From a virus, in the IMG/VR virus record IMGVR_UViG_3300044797_000185, positions 32,001 through 96,000 of that record: 64,000 bases of DNA; one strand, written 5' to 3'. Made by a program: the position numbers and the translations under genes. The notes under the pieces are model-generated. The model was given only the letters and a program-made list of their open reading frames with translations, was not told the origin of the DNA and made no database searches. Below, piece after piece: positions 44,790 through 54,932 of the stretch (position 1 is the stretch's first letter; each line of letters starts with the position of its first letter).

Positions 44790-46258
44790 TAAATCCAATG
44801 CTATTATGTGACGGTTATAAAACAGGACATAGAATTCAATTTCCAAAGGGAACTGAATTAGTTTATTCCAATTTTACAGCAAGAGGAAGTCGTATGCCAG
44901 GAGTAGATCATGTGGTAATATTTGGGGTTCAATATTTCTTAATGGAATATTTGGTTAAACAATTTAATGAAGAATTCTTCAAGAAACCAAAGACAGAAGT
45001 AGTAGCTTCATATAAACGAAGAATGGATACTTATCTAGGGCCAGGAGCAGTTCCTGTTGAGCATATTGCAGCTTTGCATGACTTGGGTTATTTGCCAGTA
45101 AGAATTAAAGCATTGCCCGAAGGTACGCTTTGCCCCATTCGGGTTCCTTTTTTAACGATTGTAAATACTTTAGCTGAATTTTATTGGGTGACAAATTATT
45201 TAGAAACTCTGATGTCTAGTATTTGTTGGTTTCCTATTACGTCAGCAACAATAGCTCACCAATACCGTAAACTTTTGGATCAGTATGCTGCTGATACTTC
45301 AGATATGCCTGATTTTGTTGGTTGGACAGGCCATGATTTTAGTTTCAGGGGGCAAACAAGTGTGGAATCCGCTGTAATTAGTGGTGCTGCCCATTTGCTT
45401 AGTTTTACTGGGACAGATACTATTCCTGCTATTGACTTTTTGGAACAGTATTATGGGGCTAATGCAGAGATTGAATTGATTGGTGGAAGTGTTCCAGCAA
45501 CCGAGCATTCTGTTGCTTGTATGGGTGGGCAATTTAATGAAGCAGAAACATATCGAAGACTTATTACAGAAGTGTATCCTAAAGGTATTGTCAGTATAGT
45601 TAGTGATACATGGGATTTTTATAAAGTTTTGAATGAGGTCATAAGAGATCTTAAAGATGTTATTTTAGCTCGTGATGGCAAAGTGGTTATTCGCCCTGAT
45701 AGTGGTAATCCTACAAAGATCATTTGTGGTGATCCAGGTGCTCCTGTGGGTAGTTTAGAATATAAAGGCACTATTGAGATTCTATGGGAGATCTTTGGTG
45801 GTACAATCAATTCTAAGGGCTTTAAACAGCTAGATCCTCATATTGGGGCAATCTATGGTGATTCTATCACTTTGGAGCGTTGTACAGCCATTTGTGAGGG
45901 TTTAAAGGCTAAAGGATTTGCTTCAACTAACATGGTTTTCGGAATTGGATCATATACATACCAATATGTAACCAGAGATACTTTTGGCTTTGCCATTAAA
46001 GCAACTTACGGCATTATTAATGGTCAACCTATTGAATTGTTTAAACAGCCCAAAACAGACAATGGAGTTAAAAATAGTGCTAAAGGATTACTTCGAGTTA
46101 ATGAAGATTTAACATTATCCGAAGGTGTTACCTGGGAAGAGGAAGGTCAGGGCTTGCTTCAAATAGTATTTGAGAATAGTAAAATTGTTAAGGTTCAGAC
46201 TTTGAGTGAGATTCGTAACAGATTAGCAGCATCTAGCAAAGTCCTGGTTACGAAGTAA
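44786..46258 (+). CDS. Nicotinamide phosphoribosyltransferase-like protein (probable NARP1 Namat)
   Basis: DGYKTGH, HDFSFRG, GTDT, VPATEHS, SIVSDTWD, IRPDSG, IYGDSIT, FGIGS, KSAKG-like end. Confidence 0.9.
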   Translation: MINPMLLCDGYKTGHRIQFPKGTELVYSNFTARGSRMPGVDHVVIFGVQYFLMEYLVKQFNEEFFKKPKTEVVASYKRRMDTYLGPGAVPVEHIAALHDLGYLPVRIKALPEGTLCPIRVPFLTIVNTLAEFYWVTNYLETLMSSICWFPITSATIAHQYRKLLDQYAADTSDMPDFVGWTGHDFSFRGQTSVESAVISGAAHLLSFTGTDTIPAIDFLEQYYGANAEIELIGGSVPATEHSVACMGGQFNEAETYRRLITEVYPKGIVSIVSDTWDFYKVLNEVIRDLKDVILARDGKVVIRPDSGNPTKIICGDPGAPVGSLEYKGTIEILWEIFGGTINSKGFKQLDPHIGAIYGDSITLERCTAICEGLKAKGFASTNMVFGIGSYTYQYVTRDTFGFAIKATYGIINGQPIELFKQPKTDNGVKNSAKGLLRVNEDLTLSEGVTWEEEGQGLLQIVFENSKIVKVQTLSEIRNRLAASSKVLVTK

Positions 46259-46419
46259 TGAAGCCAAATTCAGTTATCAACCATACCACTAAGAAAGCCT
46301 ATCCTACCAAACAGGCAGCAGAAAAGGTAGCTGCTTTCTTATTGACTAAGTTTGTTCATGTTAGAACGTATAAGTGTTTTTGTGGTCAATTTCATTTAAC
46401 GAGTCAGAAGGGTAAATAA
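46258..46419 (+). CDS. Small hypothetical protein (53 aa)
   Basis: Hand-translated ..KKAYPTKQAA..RTYKCFCGQFHLTS..; overlaps both neighbours by one base. Confidence 0.6.
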   Translation: MKPNSVINHTTKKAYPTKQAAEKVAAFLLTKFVHVRTYKCFCGQFHLTSQKGK

Positions 46420-47789
46420 TGGATCAAAAATTAGAGCGTAAGTTTCTTGTTCATGTTGTTAAGGATATAAATATAGCTCAACTTGCTATTCAGAGAAAAA
46501 TAGATGAGGGTTTTTTTCAATGGAAGACAGCTGGAAAACTTTTTGGTATAAACAATTGGTTCATAAACCAATATGGGACTTCTTTGACTGCTGTAGAACT
46601 TGTTGGATTGCTACAACAAAGCAGTACACTCGATGAGGATCTTCAGAAGTCAATTACAGTTTTGTTTAATGAGTTACAATTTGAAGTTCCAGACACAGAT
46701 GCAAATTTTTTGATGGATCAGTTTTTTCAATACCATAAACAAGCTCTTGTGGAACATGCTTTACGTCGAAGTGTAGAAACACTTGCTGATAAGAAAATAG
46801 ATACAGCGGTTAATGTTCTTAAAAGTGACTTAGCTAATATTGATCAGAAATTTCAAGTTGAGGAATCTAGATCAGGACAACTTGATGTCTTTGCTCCTCG
46901 TATCCATTGGGAATATGATGATCGTAAGATTAACCCCAAAAAATATGAGGGATTGAAATTAGGGTTTAGCGTAATGGATCAGATTACTGGTGGTCTAGTT
47001 CCCCCCAGTGTTTCTATTATTATGGCTCCCCCCAAAGAATTTAAATCAGCTCTTGCTATGAATATTTGCTACAATGCAGCTAAACGAGGAATTTATTCTT
47101 ATTATCATGCAAATGAGGGAAGTGTGGAATTGTTCTACATGCGTTTTGCTGCTATGGAATTGAGTATTCCCTTATCTCACATCAAAGATAATAGAATGAA
47201 TCCTTTAGAAGAGGCTCGATGGCTTGCTTTTATCACCTCAGTAGAACAAGGACAACACCAAATTCTGAATAAGATTTATTTTGATGAAGTCCCAATGGCT
47301 ATAAGTAGTCCAGCATTCATTGCTAACAAGATTAAGAAACTTAAAGAAGAAGGAAAACAGGTTGGACTTGTAGTTGTAGATCACTTTGGTCGAATGACAA
47401 GTACAGATAAATCTCAAATGCAGGATTGGCAGCGTAAGGGAGTTATTGCCCAGGAATTATGTGCCTTAGCATTACAAGAACGTACTCCCTTCATTCTTCT
47501 TACTCATGTTAAATCGAGCAGTGCAAAAGATTCTCAAGAGGATAACAAGGATTTTGATGCATATGATATTGAAAGAAGTGGTCAACCTTTAAAAGATGTT
47601 GATTATGTATTTTCCTGGAGAATTGAGAATAAAGAAACCTTTGACAGGAATGGGAAAGTAGGATGGGCAAAGCTTTCTTTGATGCTTTCTCGTCATTCTG
47701 AAACAGGAAGTACCACATTAGATATTGATGGGAAGTATATGCAGATACGAGAAATTGCAGTAGGTGGCTCTGGGAATACAACACCATGA
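46419..47789 (+). CDS. dnaB: DnaB-like replicative helicase
   Basis: Variant Walker A APPKEFKS, ANEGS, VVVDHFGRM, C-terminal LSRHSETG. Confidence 0.82.
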   Translation: MDQKLERKFLVHVVKDINIAQLAIQRKIDEGFFQWKTAGKLFGINNWFINQYGTSLTAVELVGLLQQSSTLDEDLQKSITVLFNELQFEVPDTDANFLMDQFFQYHKQALVEHALRRSVETLADKKIDTAVNVLKSDLANIDQKFQVEESRSGQLDVFAPRIHWEYDDRKINPKKYEGLKLGFSVMDQITGGLVPPSVSIIMAPPKEFKSALAMNICYNAAKRGIYSYYHANEGSVELFYMRFAAMELSIPLSHIKDNRMNPLEEARWLAFITSVEQGQHQILNKIYFDEVPMAISSPAFIANKIKKLKEEGKQVGLVVVDHFGRMTSTDKSQMQDWQRKGVIAQELCALALQERTPFILLTHVKSSSAKDSQEDNKDFDAYDIERSGQPLKDVDYVFSWRIENKETFDRNGKVGWAKLSLMLSRHSETGSTTLDIDGKYMQIREIAVGGSGNTTP

Positions 47790-47962
47790 AGACTCCTTTG
47801 CATCTTTATTTTCAACTAGAGAATCAAATTTTAGCTGATTTTCATAGTGGTAAAATTGATGTTCAAACAACGATTCATGATTTAATGATTGAACGTGAAC
47901 AGATTGATTGGGACCCCGATTCTTTTTTACCTTTAGGTTTTATGGGAGAAGGAATTTCATGA
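47786..47962 (+). CDS. Small hypothetical protein (58 aa)
   Basis: ATGA overlaps at both ends. Confidence 0.45.
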   Translation: MKTPLHLYFQLENQILADFHSGKIDVQTTIHDLMIEREQIDWDPDSFLPLGFMGEGIS

Positions 47963-48447
47963 AAAAAACATTTGATGCTATTATTGAGATTTCTTCTCAA
48001 ACACGTAATAAGTATGAATGGGATTTTAAAGCAGGTAGATTTCGCTTTAATAGAACTTTATCTACCTCGGTCAAATACCCCGTTTCGTATGGATTTTTTC
48101 CTAATAGTTTAGCAGCTGATGGTGATCCCGCAGATTGTTTAGTTCCTTCAATTGAACCCATTGAGCAAGGCTGTATAGTAGAAGTAAGACCTATCGGAAT
48201 GCTTAAAATGGTTGATCAGGGTATTGAGGATTTCAAAGTACTTGCTATACCCGTAACAGATTTTCATTGGAAGCATATTAAAAAGCTTTCTCAAGTTACA
48301 CCACATTTATTGGATGAGATAGAACATTTTTTTGGGTGTTACAAAGATCTTGAAGATAAAGTGGTTAAAATTAATGGCTGGGGTAAAAGAGTTGAAGCAC
48401 TTAGTTATTTGAAAAAAGCATTTAAGAAATATGAAAAAAACCATTAA
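47959..48447 (+). CDS. ppa: Inorganic pyrophosphatase (family I)
   Basis: NKYE, YPVSYGF, DGDPAD, D.KVLA, IEHFF..YKDLE; start at ATG after SD ggag. Confidence 0.93.
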   Translation: MKKTFDAIIEISSQTRNKYEWDFKAGRFRFNRTLSTSVKYPVSYGFFPNSLAADGDPADCLVPSIEPIEQGCIVEVRPIGMLKMVDQGIEDFKVLAIPVTDFHWKHIKKLSQVTPHLLDEIEHFFGCYKDLEDKVVKINGWGKRVEALSYLKKAFKKYEKNH

Positions 48448-48922
48448 AGAAGTTGTAGAATCTTACGGAGTAAAACTTTGGTCTATTAGTGACGGGGTTC
48501 TTCGTGGTTCATGTCCCATGCATACTAATGTGAATACTCCTTCATTTACCGTCTATGTAAATACAGATTCTTATTTTTGTTTTGGAGAAAGCATTGGTGG
48601 TGATACAGCTAATTTTATCTCCAGGATGGAAGGGATTTCTTATGCAGAGGCAAAGGATCGAATCAAAGGGGATACAAATCTTCTTGAAGAAATTACTGAA
48701 ACTTTAGATGGGCTTTCTGTAAAAGATGAAATAAACTATGCTGATGAATTAAATTTCTCTATTAGCAAGTATTGTCGGGATCTTATGTATCGACGAGCGG
48801 ATAAAGTAGATAACATTCTGAAATTTTTACAAAAATTAGACAAAGAGTATTTGACAAAGAGTATTTCTTATGATATACTTAATCGAGTAACAGAAGAATC
48901 AAAACAATTGGAGAACTTATGA
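48431..48922 (+). CDS. Stand-alone primase-type CHC2 zinc-binding domain protein
   Basis: CPMH..TPSFTV..YFCFGE..GGD..F..MEGISY.EA. Confidence 0.78.
   Translation: MKKTIKEVVESYGVKLWSISDGVLRGSCPMHTNVNTPSFTVYVNTDSYFCFGESIGGDTANFISRMEGISYAEAKDRIKGDTNLLEEITETLDGLSVKDEINYADELNFSISKYCRDLMYRRADKVDNILKFLQKLDKEYLTKSISYDILNRVTEESKQLENL
48851..48879 (+). promoter_or_regulatory. Sigma70-type promoter inside CHC2 gene
   Basis: TTGACA-17-TATACT; overlaps a 14-bp tandem duplication GACAAAGAGTATTT. Confidence 0.7.
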
Positions 48923-49134
48923 CTGAGGGCGTGAAACAAAAATTCAAAATTTCAAAACGATATAATAGAAGCATAAAAACTTCCGATGGTGGAGTTGTTA
49001 GTTTTGCTACCGAATTAGAAACTGAGGTTGAAGTTGACTCAGGTGAAAAATTAGTTGCGGAATGTGATAAGCTGATTGAACAAGTTAAGTGGCTTACTGA
49101 AGCGGATATTGATAAAGCATTCGGAAAAGTTTAG
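48919..49134 (+). CDS. Hypothetical protein
   Basis: ATGA overlap. Confidence 0.55.
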   Translation: MTEGVKQKFKISKRYNRSIKTSDGGVVSFATELETEVEVDSGEKLVAECDKLIEQVKWLTEADIDKAFGKV

Positions 49135-49143
49135 GAGAGTAAT

Positions 49144-49674
49144 ATGGCAAAACTTACAGAAGAACAACTTAGTGAACGATTGGAAGAACTTAAAAATATA
49201 AAGTTTGACCTTGACGTAGATCCAGTAGCTAAAGGGTTGAACTCTCTTAATGGTAAGATTGCAGAAGTGCAAGCAAACAAGAGTCGTGTATCTTATCTTG
49301 TGGGGGAAGCAATGCAAAATGTTGCTGCTCATGAGATTGAGAAAGAAAGTGTTCAAGGAGAGTATGATAGAAATTTGGAAATGCTCCTTGCAACAGATGC
49401 AACAGTGGCAGCTCAAAAATCAGCAGAAATGCGTAATACTCATGCTAAGATGAAGATGACTGATTTAGTACTTAAACTTCATCATGCTGAAATAGCAAGT
49501 ATTAGGGCAGGATGGTATATGAAAATTCTACAAAATGTTCATTCCAATCTTGAATCTGCTAATAATAACTTGAGTCGCCAAATTACCGTGATACAAATGG
49601 ATCAAAATTTGCAAGGTGGCAATAATGGTAATAATAATTTTCAACGTGGAACGCTGAAGAACATAAATATCTAA
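49144..49674 (+). CDS. Coiled-coil protein, possible UvsY-like recombination mediator
   Basis: Helical; sits upstream of SSB-like and recA genes. Assignment by context only. Confidence 0.4.
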   Translation: MAKLTEEQLSERLEELKNIKFDLDVDPVAKGLNSLNGKIAEVQANKSRVSYLVGEAMQNVAAHEIEKESVQGEYDRNLEMLLATDATVAAQKSAEMRNTHAKMKMTDLVLKLHHAEIASIRAGWYMKILQNVHSNLESANNNLSRQITVIQMDQNLQGGNNGNNNFQRGTLKNINI

Positions 49675-49692
49675 AAATTAAGGAGAAATAAA

Positions 49693-50307
49693 ATGGCAAA
49701 GCTCGATAAATTCGTCTTCAATAGGGTTGAATTGCAGGATAATATCTATTTCGCACGAATTAAGGATATTAAATTAAAGGTTTGGGAAAAAGATGATAGT
49801 AAGAGTTTGAATTGGTCTTTTGAATTGGTTCAACCTCCCCATCTTGGCAAAAAAGTCATAGTGTTTGGTAGCACAACAAATGTCCCTACTCCAAAGAATC
49901 GTTTGACGCAGTATGGATCAGCTCTTGGCTATACGAAAGAACAATTAGCATCCGATTCTTTTGATACGGATATTTTAATTGGCTCTTATGTGAAGGTGTT
50001 CTTGGAAACAACTCTTAAAGAAGATGGTACACCAAAACAACATGTCACGAAGCTTTTGCCACTTACAGAATTGGATACTCAGCAACTTCAGCTTTGGCTT
50101 CAGCAAGCTCAGGTTACAGGTCCAGCTAAAGTAGCAACAATGCAGCAAGCTCCTTTGACAGCATTCCCCACTCAACCAGCAGCTATTACAGCGACTCCTG
50201 TTGCAGCTCCAGCTGCTCAACCAGTTGTGACAGTTCCAGTCGTTACAGCACAACCTGTTGCAACTACTTCTGGTCCATTGAAAAGAGCAAATCCTTTTCC
50301 TTTCTAA
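49693..50307 (+). CDS. Putative single-stranded DNA-binding protein
   Basis: OB-fold-like N-terminus (ARIKDIK..WSFEL..LIGSYVKV), P/A/V/T linker and PFPF C-terminal tip. Confidence 0.6.
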   Translation: MAKLDKFVFNRVELQDNIYFARIKDIKLKVWEKDDSKSLNWSFELVQPPHLGKKVIVFGSTTNVPTPKNRLTQYGSALGYTKEQLASDSFDTDILIGSYVKVFLETTLKEDGTPKQHVTKLLPLTELDTQQLQLWLQQAQVTGPAKVATMQQAPLTAFPTQPAAITATPVAAPAAQPVVTVPVVTAQPVATTSGPLKRANPFPF

Positions 50308-50337
50308 CGAAACATATCAATGAAACGAGGAGATAAT

Positions 50338-51330
50338 ATGGTAGAAGATACAAAAGAAGAAGGCAAGGAAAGTTTAAAGAAAGCCCTTGAGCGTATTAGT
50401 AAAGTTCATGAAATTATGGTATCTCAGATTAAAAATATAGAGAGACCTACCATCGATGTTATTCCCAGTGGAAGTTATGCACTTGATCATGCTCTTGGTG
50501 TAGGGGGATATCCTCGTGGTCGTATTATTGAGATGTTTGGTCAACCTTCAGGCGGTAAATCAACTCTTTCCCTCCTCGCAATTGCTTCTGTTCAAAAGAA
50601 CGGAGGTGTTGCTGCCCTTATTGATACAGAACATGCTTTTTCTGCTGATTGGGCTGAAAAGCTTGGGGTTAATGTGGATGATCTTATTTTCGTTCAACCT
50701 GATTCAGGGGAACAAGCTCTTCAAATCGTAGAAGAACTTGTTAAAACAGATAAAGTTGACTTACTTATTATTGATTCTGTAGCTGGTCTTGTGCCTAAGA
50801 GCGTTTTAGAAGCAGAACTTGGGGCTCAGACTATGGGTGTTCAAGCTAGGATGCTTAGTAGTTGTCTTAGCAGATTGACAGGTGTTATTGGCAAATCGAA
50901 GGCTGTAGTTATTTTTATTAATCAACTTAGGGCTAAATTGGGAACATATGTACCCACTCAGATTACTCCTGGTGGAGAAGCCCTTAAGTTTTATTCTTCA
51001 GTTCGACTTGACGTTAAGAAAATGTCTCAATCGGAGATTAAGGATGGAGAAGATATTCTTGGGCATCGTGTTGAAGTGAAACTTGTTAAAAATAAAGTCG
51101 CTCCTCCTTTTAGGAAAGCAGAATTCACATTACGATTCCTTGAAGGTGTAGATCGTGTTGATGAACTTATTACTCTTGGGCTTAAGCTTGAAATTATTGC
51201 TCAAGCGGGACCCATGTATACCTTTGGTGATATTACAGCTAAAGGTAGAGAGAAACTTGATGAAGCTGTTAACGCTGATAAGAAAGTTCAAGATACTCTT
51301 TGGAAAGCAATTCAGGAATATAAGAAATGA
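50338..51330 (+). CDS. recA: RecA recombinase
   Basis: GYPRGRIIEMFGQPSGGKST, DTEHA, QPDSGEQAL, IDSVAGLVP, INQLR, GGEALKFYSSVRL, KNKVAPPF. Confidence 0.97.
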   Translation: MVEDTKEEGKESLKKALERISKVHEIMVSQIKNIERPTIDVIPSGSYALDHALGVGGYPRGRIIEMFGQPSGGKSTLSLLAIASVQKNGGVAALIDTEHAFSADWAEKLGVNVDDLIFVQPDSGEQALQIVEELVKTDKVDLLIIDSVAGLVPKSVLEAELGAQTMGVQARMLSSCLSRLTGVIGKSKAVVIFINQLRAKLGTYVPTQITPGGEALKFYSSVRLDVKKMSQSEIKDGEDILGHRVEVKLVKNKVAPPFRKAEFTLRFLEGVDRVDELITLGLKLEIIAQAGPMYTFGDITAKGREKLDEAVNADKKVQDTLWKAIQEYKK

Positions 51331-51442
51331 TCTTGCTTGGACTTTTTATTTGGTCCTTAATTAGTGGACATACAGGAATAGCTTTTATTTTATTTCTGGA
51401 TTTTATATTAGAAGTTCCCCATAAATGTAGGAAATGTAAATT

Positions 51443-51904
51443 ATGTCTATAGTATATAAAAAAGGTAGTTTATTTGATGCCCCCAAAGATTCTATCCTTG
51501 TGCATAGTTGTAATGCCCAAGGAGTGTGGGGAAGCGGGATTGCAAAAGAATTTAAAATACGCTTTCCAGAGTCCTATGAAATGTATCATCTTGGTTGTTT
51601 GGATGAAGATGCTACAGGATTAGGCATTCTTCTTCCTGAAGAGAATGGTTATAGAGTTGGATGTCTCATCACTTCGAAAAATTACGCAAATAAGAAAGAT
51701 TCTATAGATGTTATTTTAAATAACACTGAAGCTGCTTTACAGATGTTTTTTACAACCCAGTTACTCGGATCAAAGGATGAGATTCATTCCTGTAAGTTTA
51801 ATTCGGGATTATTTGGAGTTCCTTGGGAAAAGACAGAAAAAATACTACTAGATATTATGAAAGAAATAGGATATACTAAAGAGTGGACAGTATGGGAGTT
51901 ATAA
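51443..51904 (+). CDS. Macro domain protein (Poa1p/DarG-like ADP-ribose hydrolase)
   Basis: GSLFD..LVHSCNAQGVWGSGIAK.FK..FP; KFNSGLFGVPW. Confidence 0.88.
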   Translation: MSIVYKKGSLFDAPKDSILVHSCNAQGVWGSGIAKEFKIRFPESYEMYHLGCLDEDATGLGILLPEENGYRVGCLITSKNYANKKDSIDVILNNTEAALQMFFTTQLLGSKDEIHSCKFNSGLFGVPWEKTEKILLDIMKEIGYTKEWTVWEL

Positions 51905-52029
51905 TGAAATGTGTATTGTGTGGTGAGGAAACATCTGGAACATATAATCGTTACCCTATTTGTTGTTTTCATTATGAAAATGGAGAAGATTTGAGCATGT
52001 TAGATACTAAGGAGATTACAAATGGCTGA
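51904..52029 (+). CDS. Small Cys-rich hypothetical protein (41 aa)
   Basis: MKCVLCG..PICCFH. Confidence 0.4.
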   Translation: MKCVLCGEETSGTYNRYPICCFHYENGEDLSMLDTKEITNG

Positions 52030-53332
52030 TTCGAAATTAGTAAAAGATATTGTTAAACATATTGAAAGTATTGCCGAGAGATTACAACTTGAACCTTATC
52101 AATTAGGTAAAGCACAATTTAAAGAATTTTCAAAAATTTCGGAATGGGATCTTCGTAAGGTTGGTGGGTATGCCACATTAATTCAAACATATTTTCCTGT
52201 GCCAGATAAAGCACTTAAGGATATTGAACTGAATAAGCAACGTAAATCTTATTTAAATAAATTAGAGAAGCAATATGGCTCATGGGAGATGTTTTCTGAA
52301 AATCTTACTAATTCATTGGTTAAAAATTTAGAAAAACTTAAAGTAGAACCTAAGATTCTTAATGAAAAGGCTACTAAAGAATATATTAAAAGTGTAGCAA
52401 AGACTGAGCTTCATGATTCTTCTCCACATTCTATTTGTGTTGCACTCACAGATCTGCACTTTGGAACTAATGTAGATGCAAGAGAATTAGGTGGAAAAAA
52501 TGAATTCAATTGGATTATTGCAGCCCGTCGATTTGGATTTATTATTGAACAACTAGAGACATATAAGATGGAGTCACGTCAACGTCATGAAGAAGTTGTG
52601 TTTCTTCTTGGTGGGGATTTAATTGGTGGTATTATCCATAACCAAGAAGGTCCAGACTATGATTTGATCACCTTTCAGGTTAATGGAGCTTTGAGTTATT
52701 TTATTCAAGCATTTGAGCATATTAAAGCATTTTATCCTAAGATTCGTGTAGTTTGTCAACCTGGAAACCATGGTCGAATGATGCATAAGCAATCAAAGGA
52801 TCGTGCATTGTCCCAAAAATATGATTCATTTGAGAATATTATTTTTTACGCTCTTTCACGATATTTTCATACTGATCCAAAAGTTGAGATTATTGTACCT
52901 AAGACTCCATATGCAGAAGTCACCGTTCAGGGGCATAGAATTTTTATGACTCATGGTGATGGAGTATTTGTAACTGGTAATCCTGGTAAGAGTATCAATA
53001 CTGATAATATTGATAAACAAGTTCAACGGGTTAATGCGGAAGAACGTAATAAGAATCGTAAGCCTTTCGAGTTGTTCGTATTTGGTCATGTGCACCAACC
53101 TGCACATTTCCAGGTAAGCAGCGGAGCACATATCATTATTAATGGCAGCATGATCGGCACAGATTCATTTGCTCAAGGTGTTGGCATCATGAGTAGTAAT
53201 CCAGTTCAGGTTGTGTGGGAAATGAATTCAAAGTTTGCGGTAGGTGATAGTCGTTGGTTGTTTGTCTCAGATGCGGATAAAGAAAAACGTTTAGAAAGCA
53301 TCATCGCCCCATACAATTACGAGTTAGCATAA
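52022..53332 (+). CDS. Calcineurin-like phosphoesterase/nuclease
   Basis: TDLHFG, GGDLIGG, GNHGR, THGD, GHVHQ. Confidence 0.85.
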   Translation: MADSKLVKDIVKHIESIAERLQLEPYQLGKAQFKEFSKISEWDLRKVGGYATLIQTYFPVPDKALKDIELNKQRKSYLNKLEKQYGSWEMFSENLTNSLVKNLEKLKVEPKILNEKATKEYIKSVAKTELHDSSPHSICVALTDLHFGTNVDARELGGKNEFNWIIAARRFGFIIEQLETYKMESRQRHEEVVFLLGGDLIGGIIHNQEGPDYDLITFQVNGALSYFIQAFEHIKAFYPKIRVVCQPGNHGRMMHKQSKDRALSQKYDSFENIIFYALSRYFHTDPKVEIIVPKTPYAEVTVQGHRIFMTHGDGVFVTGNPGKSINTDNIDKQVQRVNAEERNKNRKPFELFVFGHVHQPAHFQVSSGAHIIINGSMIGTDSFAQGVGIMSSNPVQVVWEMNSKFAVGDSRWLFVSDADKEKRLESIIAPYNYELA

Positions 53333-53341
53333 AGGAGATTT

Positions 53342-54754
53342 ATGTCAAATAGTGAACATAGACCAAAACCAAAGAATTTAATGGCTTCAGCATTTGATGC
53401 AATGCCCCCGCTTCTCGCTCAGAATATGAGTGCAAAAGACCATGTGACAGCTCTTAAAGAATCACGTTGGAATAATGATTATCAGACAGAATATCAAAAG
53501 AACTTCTTAGCAGTAAATTCGATTGATGATATTGTGTATTCTGATCATCGATGTTCTATTGCTAATGCGCTTGTTATAAGATATGTGCTGCCAGATTTTA
53601 TCAAAAATAAAGGTTTGAATATTGATAAGATTGTGACCTTGGAAAATGATGGTGAATATGCGGGTGTGTTTGCTTCAATTGAGATAGCTCCTGGTAAAAA
53701 AGAAAGCCGACTTATTTATGGAAATTATCTTGTTTCCAATGATACCCAAAAATACATTATTCATACAGAAGAGGGTTATCAGGGAGATCATAAATTCCGT
53801 ATAGCTAGTACAAAAGATGCTACTCCAGATGCCCATTTATTTATGGAAGAACTTCTTAAATATGCTAGTGAAAATAACTTTTTAAAGGGTAAGAAGATCG
53901 ATCCCAAATGTAATTTCATCAACTTTGATAAAAAATATGATTGGAATGACATTGTTCTTCCTGAGAAAATTAAAGATGATGTTCGAAGAAATCTTTTGAA
54001 CCTCATTGAATCTCACGATATTTATAAGAAAAATGGTTTACAGGTTAAACGTGGGTTAATTTTATCTAGTGATCCTGGTACAGGTAAAAGTACTCTTGTG
54101 AAAATCTTGTGTAATCAGATTTCATGGAGTTTGGTTTGGGCTACACCAAAGCATCTTGGTGATGCAAAACAAGTAGCACAAATCATTGAACTTTGTAAAG
54201 AGCTTTCTCCTACTGTTCTTGTCCTAGAAGACATTGACTTGTATGGTGGATCACGAGAGATGAATCATAATCCTGCTCTCTTGGGGGAAATGATGAATCA
54301 ACTTGATGGTGTTCAAGATAATACAGACATTATCACGATTGCTACAACTAACAATAAAGAAGTACTTGATAAAGCTCTTCTTAATCGTCCAGGACGATTC
54401 GATAAAGTCATTGATGTTCCGTTGCCAGATGTTGCTGAACGTTTGAAAATGATAAAAGTCTTCAGCAATGGATTAGTTGATGAGAATATGCCTTATCTGC
54501 TTCAAATTGCTAAGGAAGATTCTAATAAGTTTACTGGTGCAAAAGTACGTGAGTTAGTAAACATGGCAATTTTGTTTGCTGTGGATGAAAAATCTTATGA
54601 TGCAAATCAGAAAATTATTGTAACAGAAATGCATTTTAAAAAAGCAGCTGCTACAGTAAATAATAAGGATTTCTCTAAGATTACAGGGTTTAATCCTACT
54701 GGAGCTTCTTCTTCATTGGGAAGTCGCTTTGATGACATGTGCCTTGATGACTAA
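53342..54754 (+). CDS. AAA+ ATPase
   Basis: DPGTGKST, LEDID, NQLDG, TTNN, NRPGRFD. Confidence 0.92.
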   Translation: MSNSEHRPKPKNLMASAFDAMPPLLAQNMSAKDHVTALKESRWNNDYQTEYQKNFLAVNSIDDIVYSDHRCSIANALVIRYVLPDFIKNKGLNIDKIVTLENDGEYAGVFASIEIAPGKKESRLIYGNYLVSNDTQKYIIHTEEGYQGDHKFRIASTKDATPDAHLFMEELLKYASENNFLKGKKIDPKCNFINFDKKYDWNDIVLPEKIKDDVRRNLLNLIESHDIYKKNGLQVKRGLILSSDPGTGKSTLVKILCNQISWSLVWATPKHLGDAKQVAQIIELCKELSPTVLVLEDIDLYGGSREMNHNPALLGEMMNQLDGVQDNTDIITIATTNNKEVLDKALLNRPGRFDKVIDVPLPDVAERLKMIKVFSNGLVDENMPYLLQIAKEDSNKFTGAKVRELVNMAILFAVDEKSYDANQKIIVTEMHFKKAAATVNNKDFSKITGFNPTGASSSLGSRFDDMCLDD

Positions 54755-54766
54755 GGAATAAATAAA

Positions 54767-54922
54767 ATGCGTTACGAGGATGGTTCTGAAGCAAAAGAAA
54801 TTGTAGATAGCTTGTATTGTGATTTTGATTGGTATTATCTTGAAAAATGGACAAAGAAAGATATTAACCAATTCAAAAATTTAGTACGAGAGCTTAACGA
54901 CTTATCACGAAAAATTAAATAG
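54767..54922 (+). CDS. Small hypothetical protein (51 aa)
   Basis: SD aagga; fills the gap. Confidence 0.45.
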   Translation: MRYEDGSEAKEIVDSLYCDFDWYYLEKWTKKDINQFKNLVRELNDLSRKIK

Positions 54923-54932
54923 GAGCTATAAA

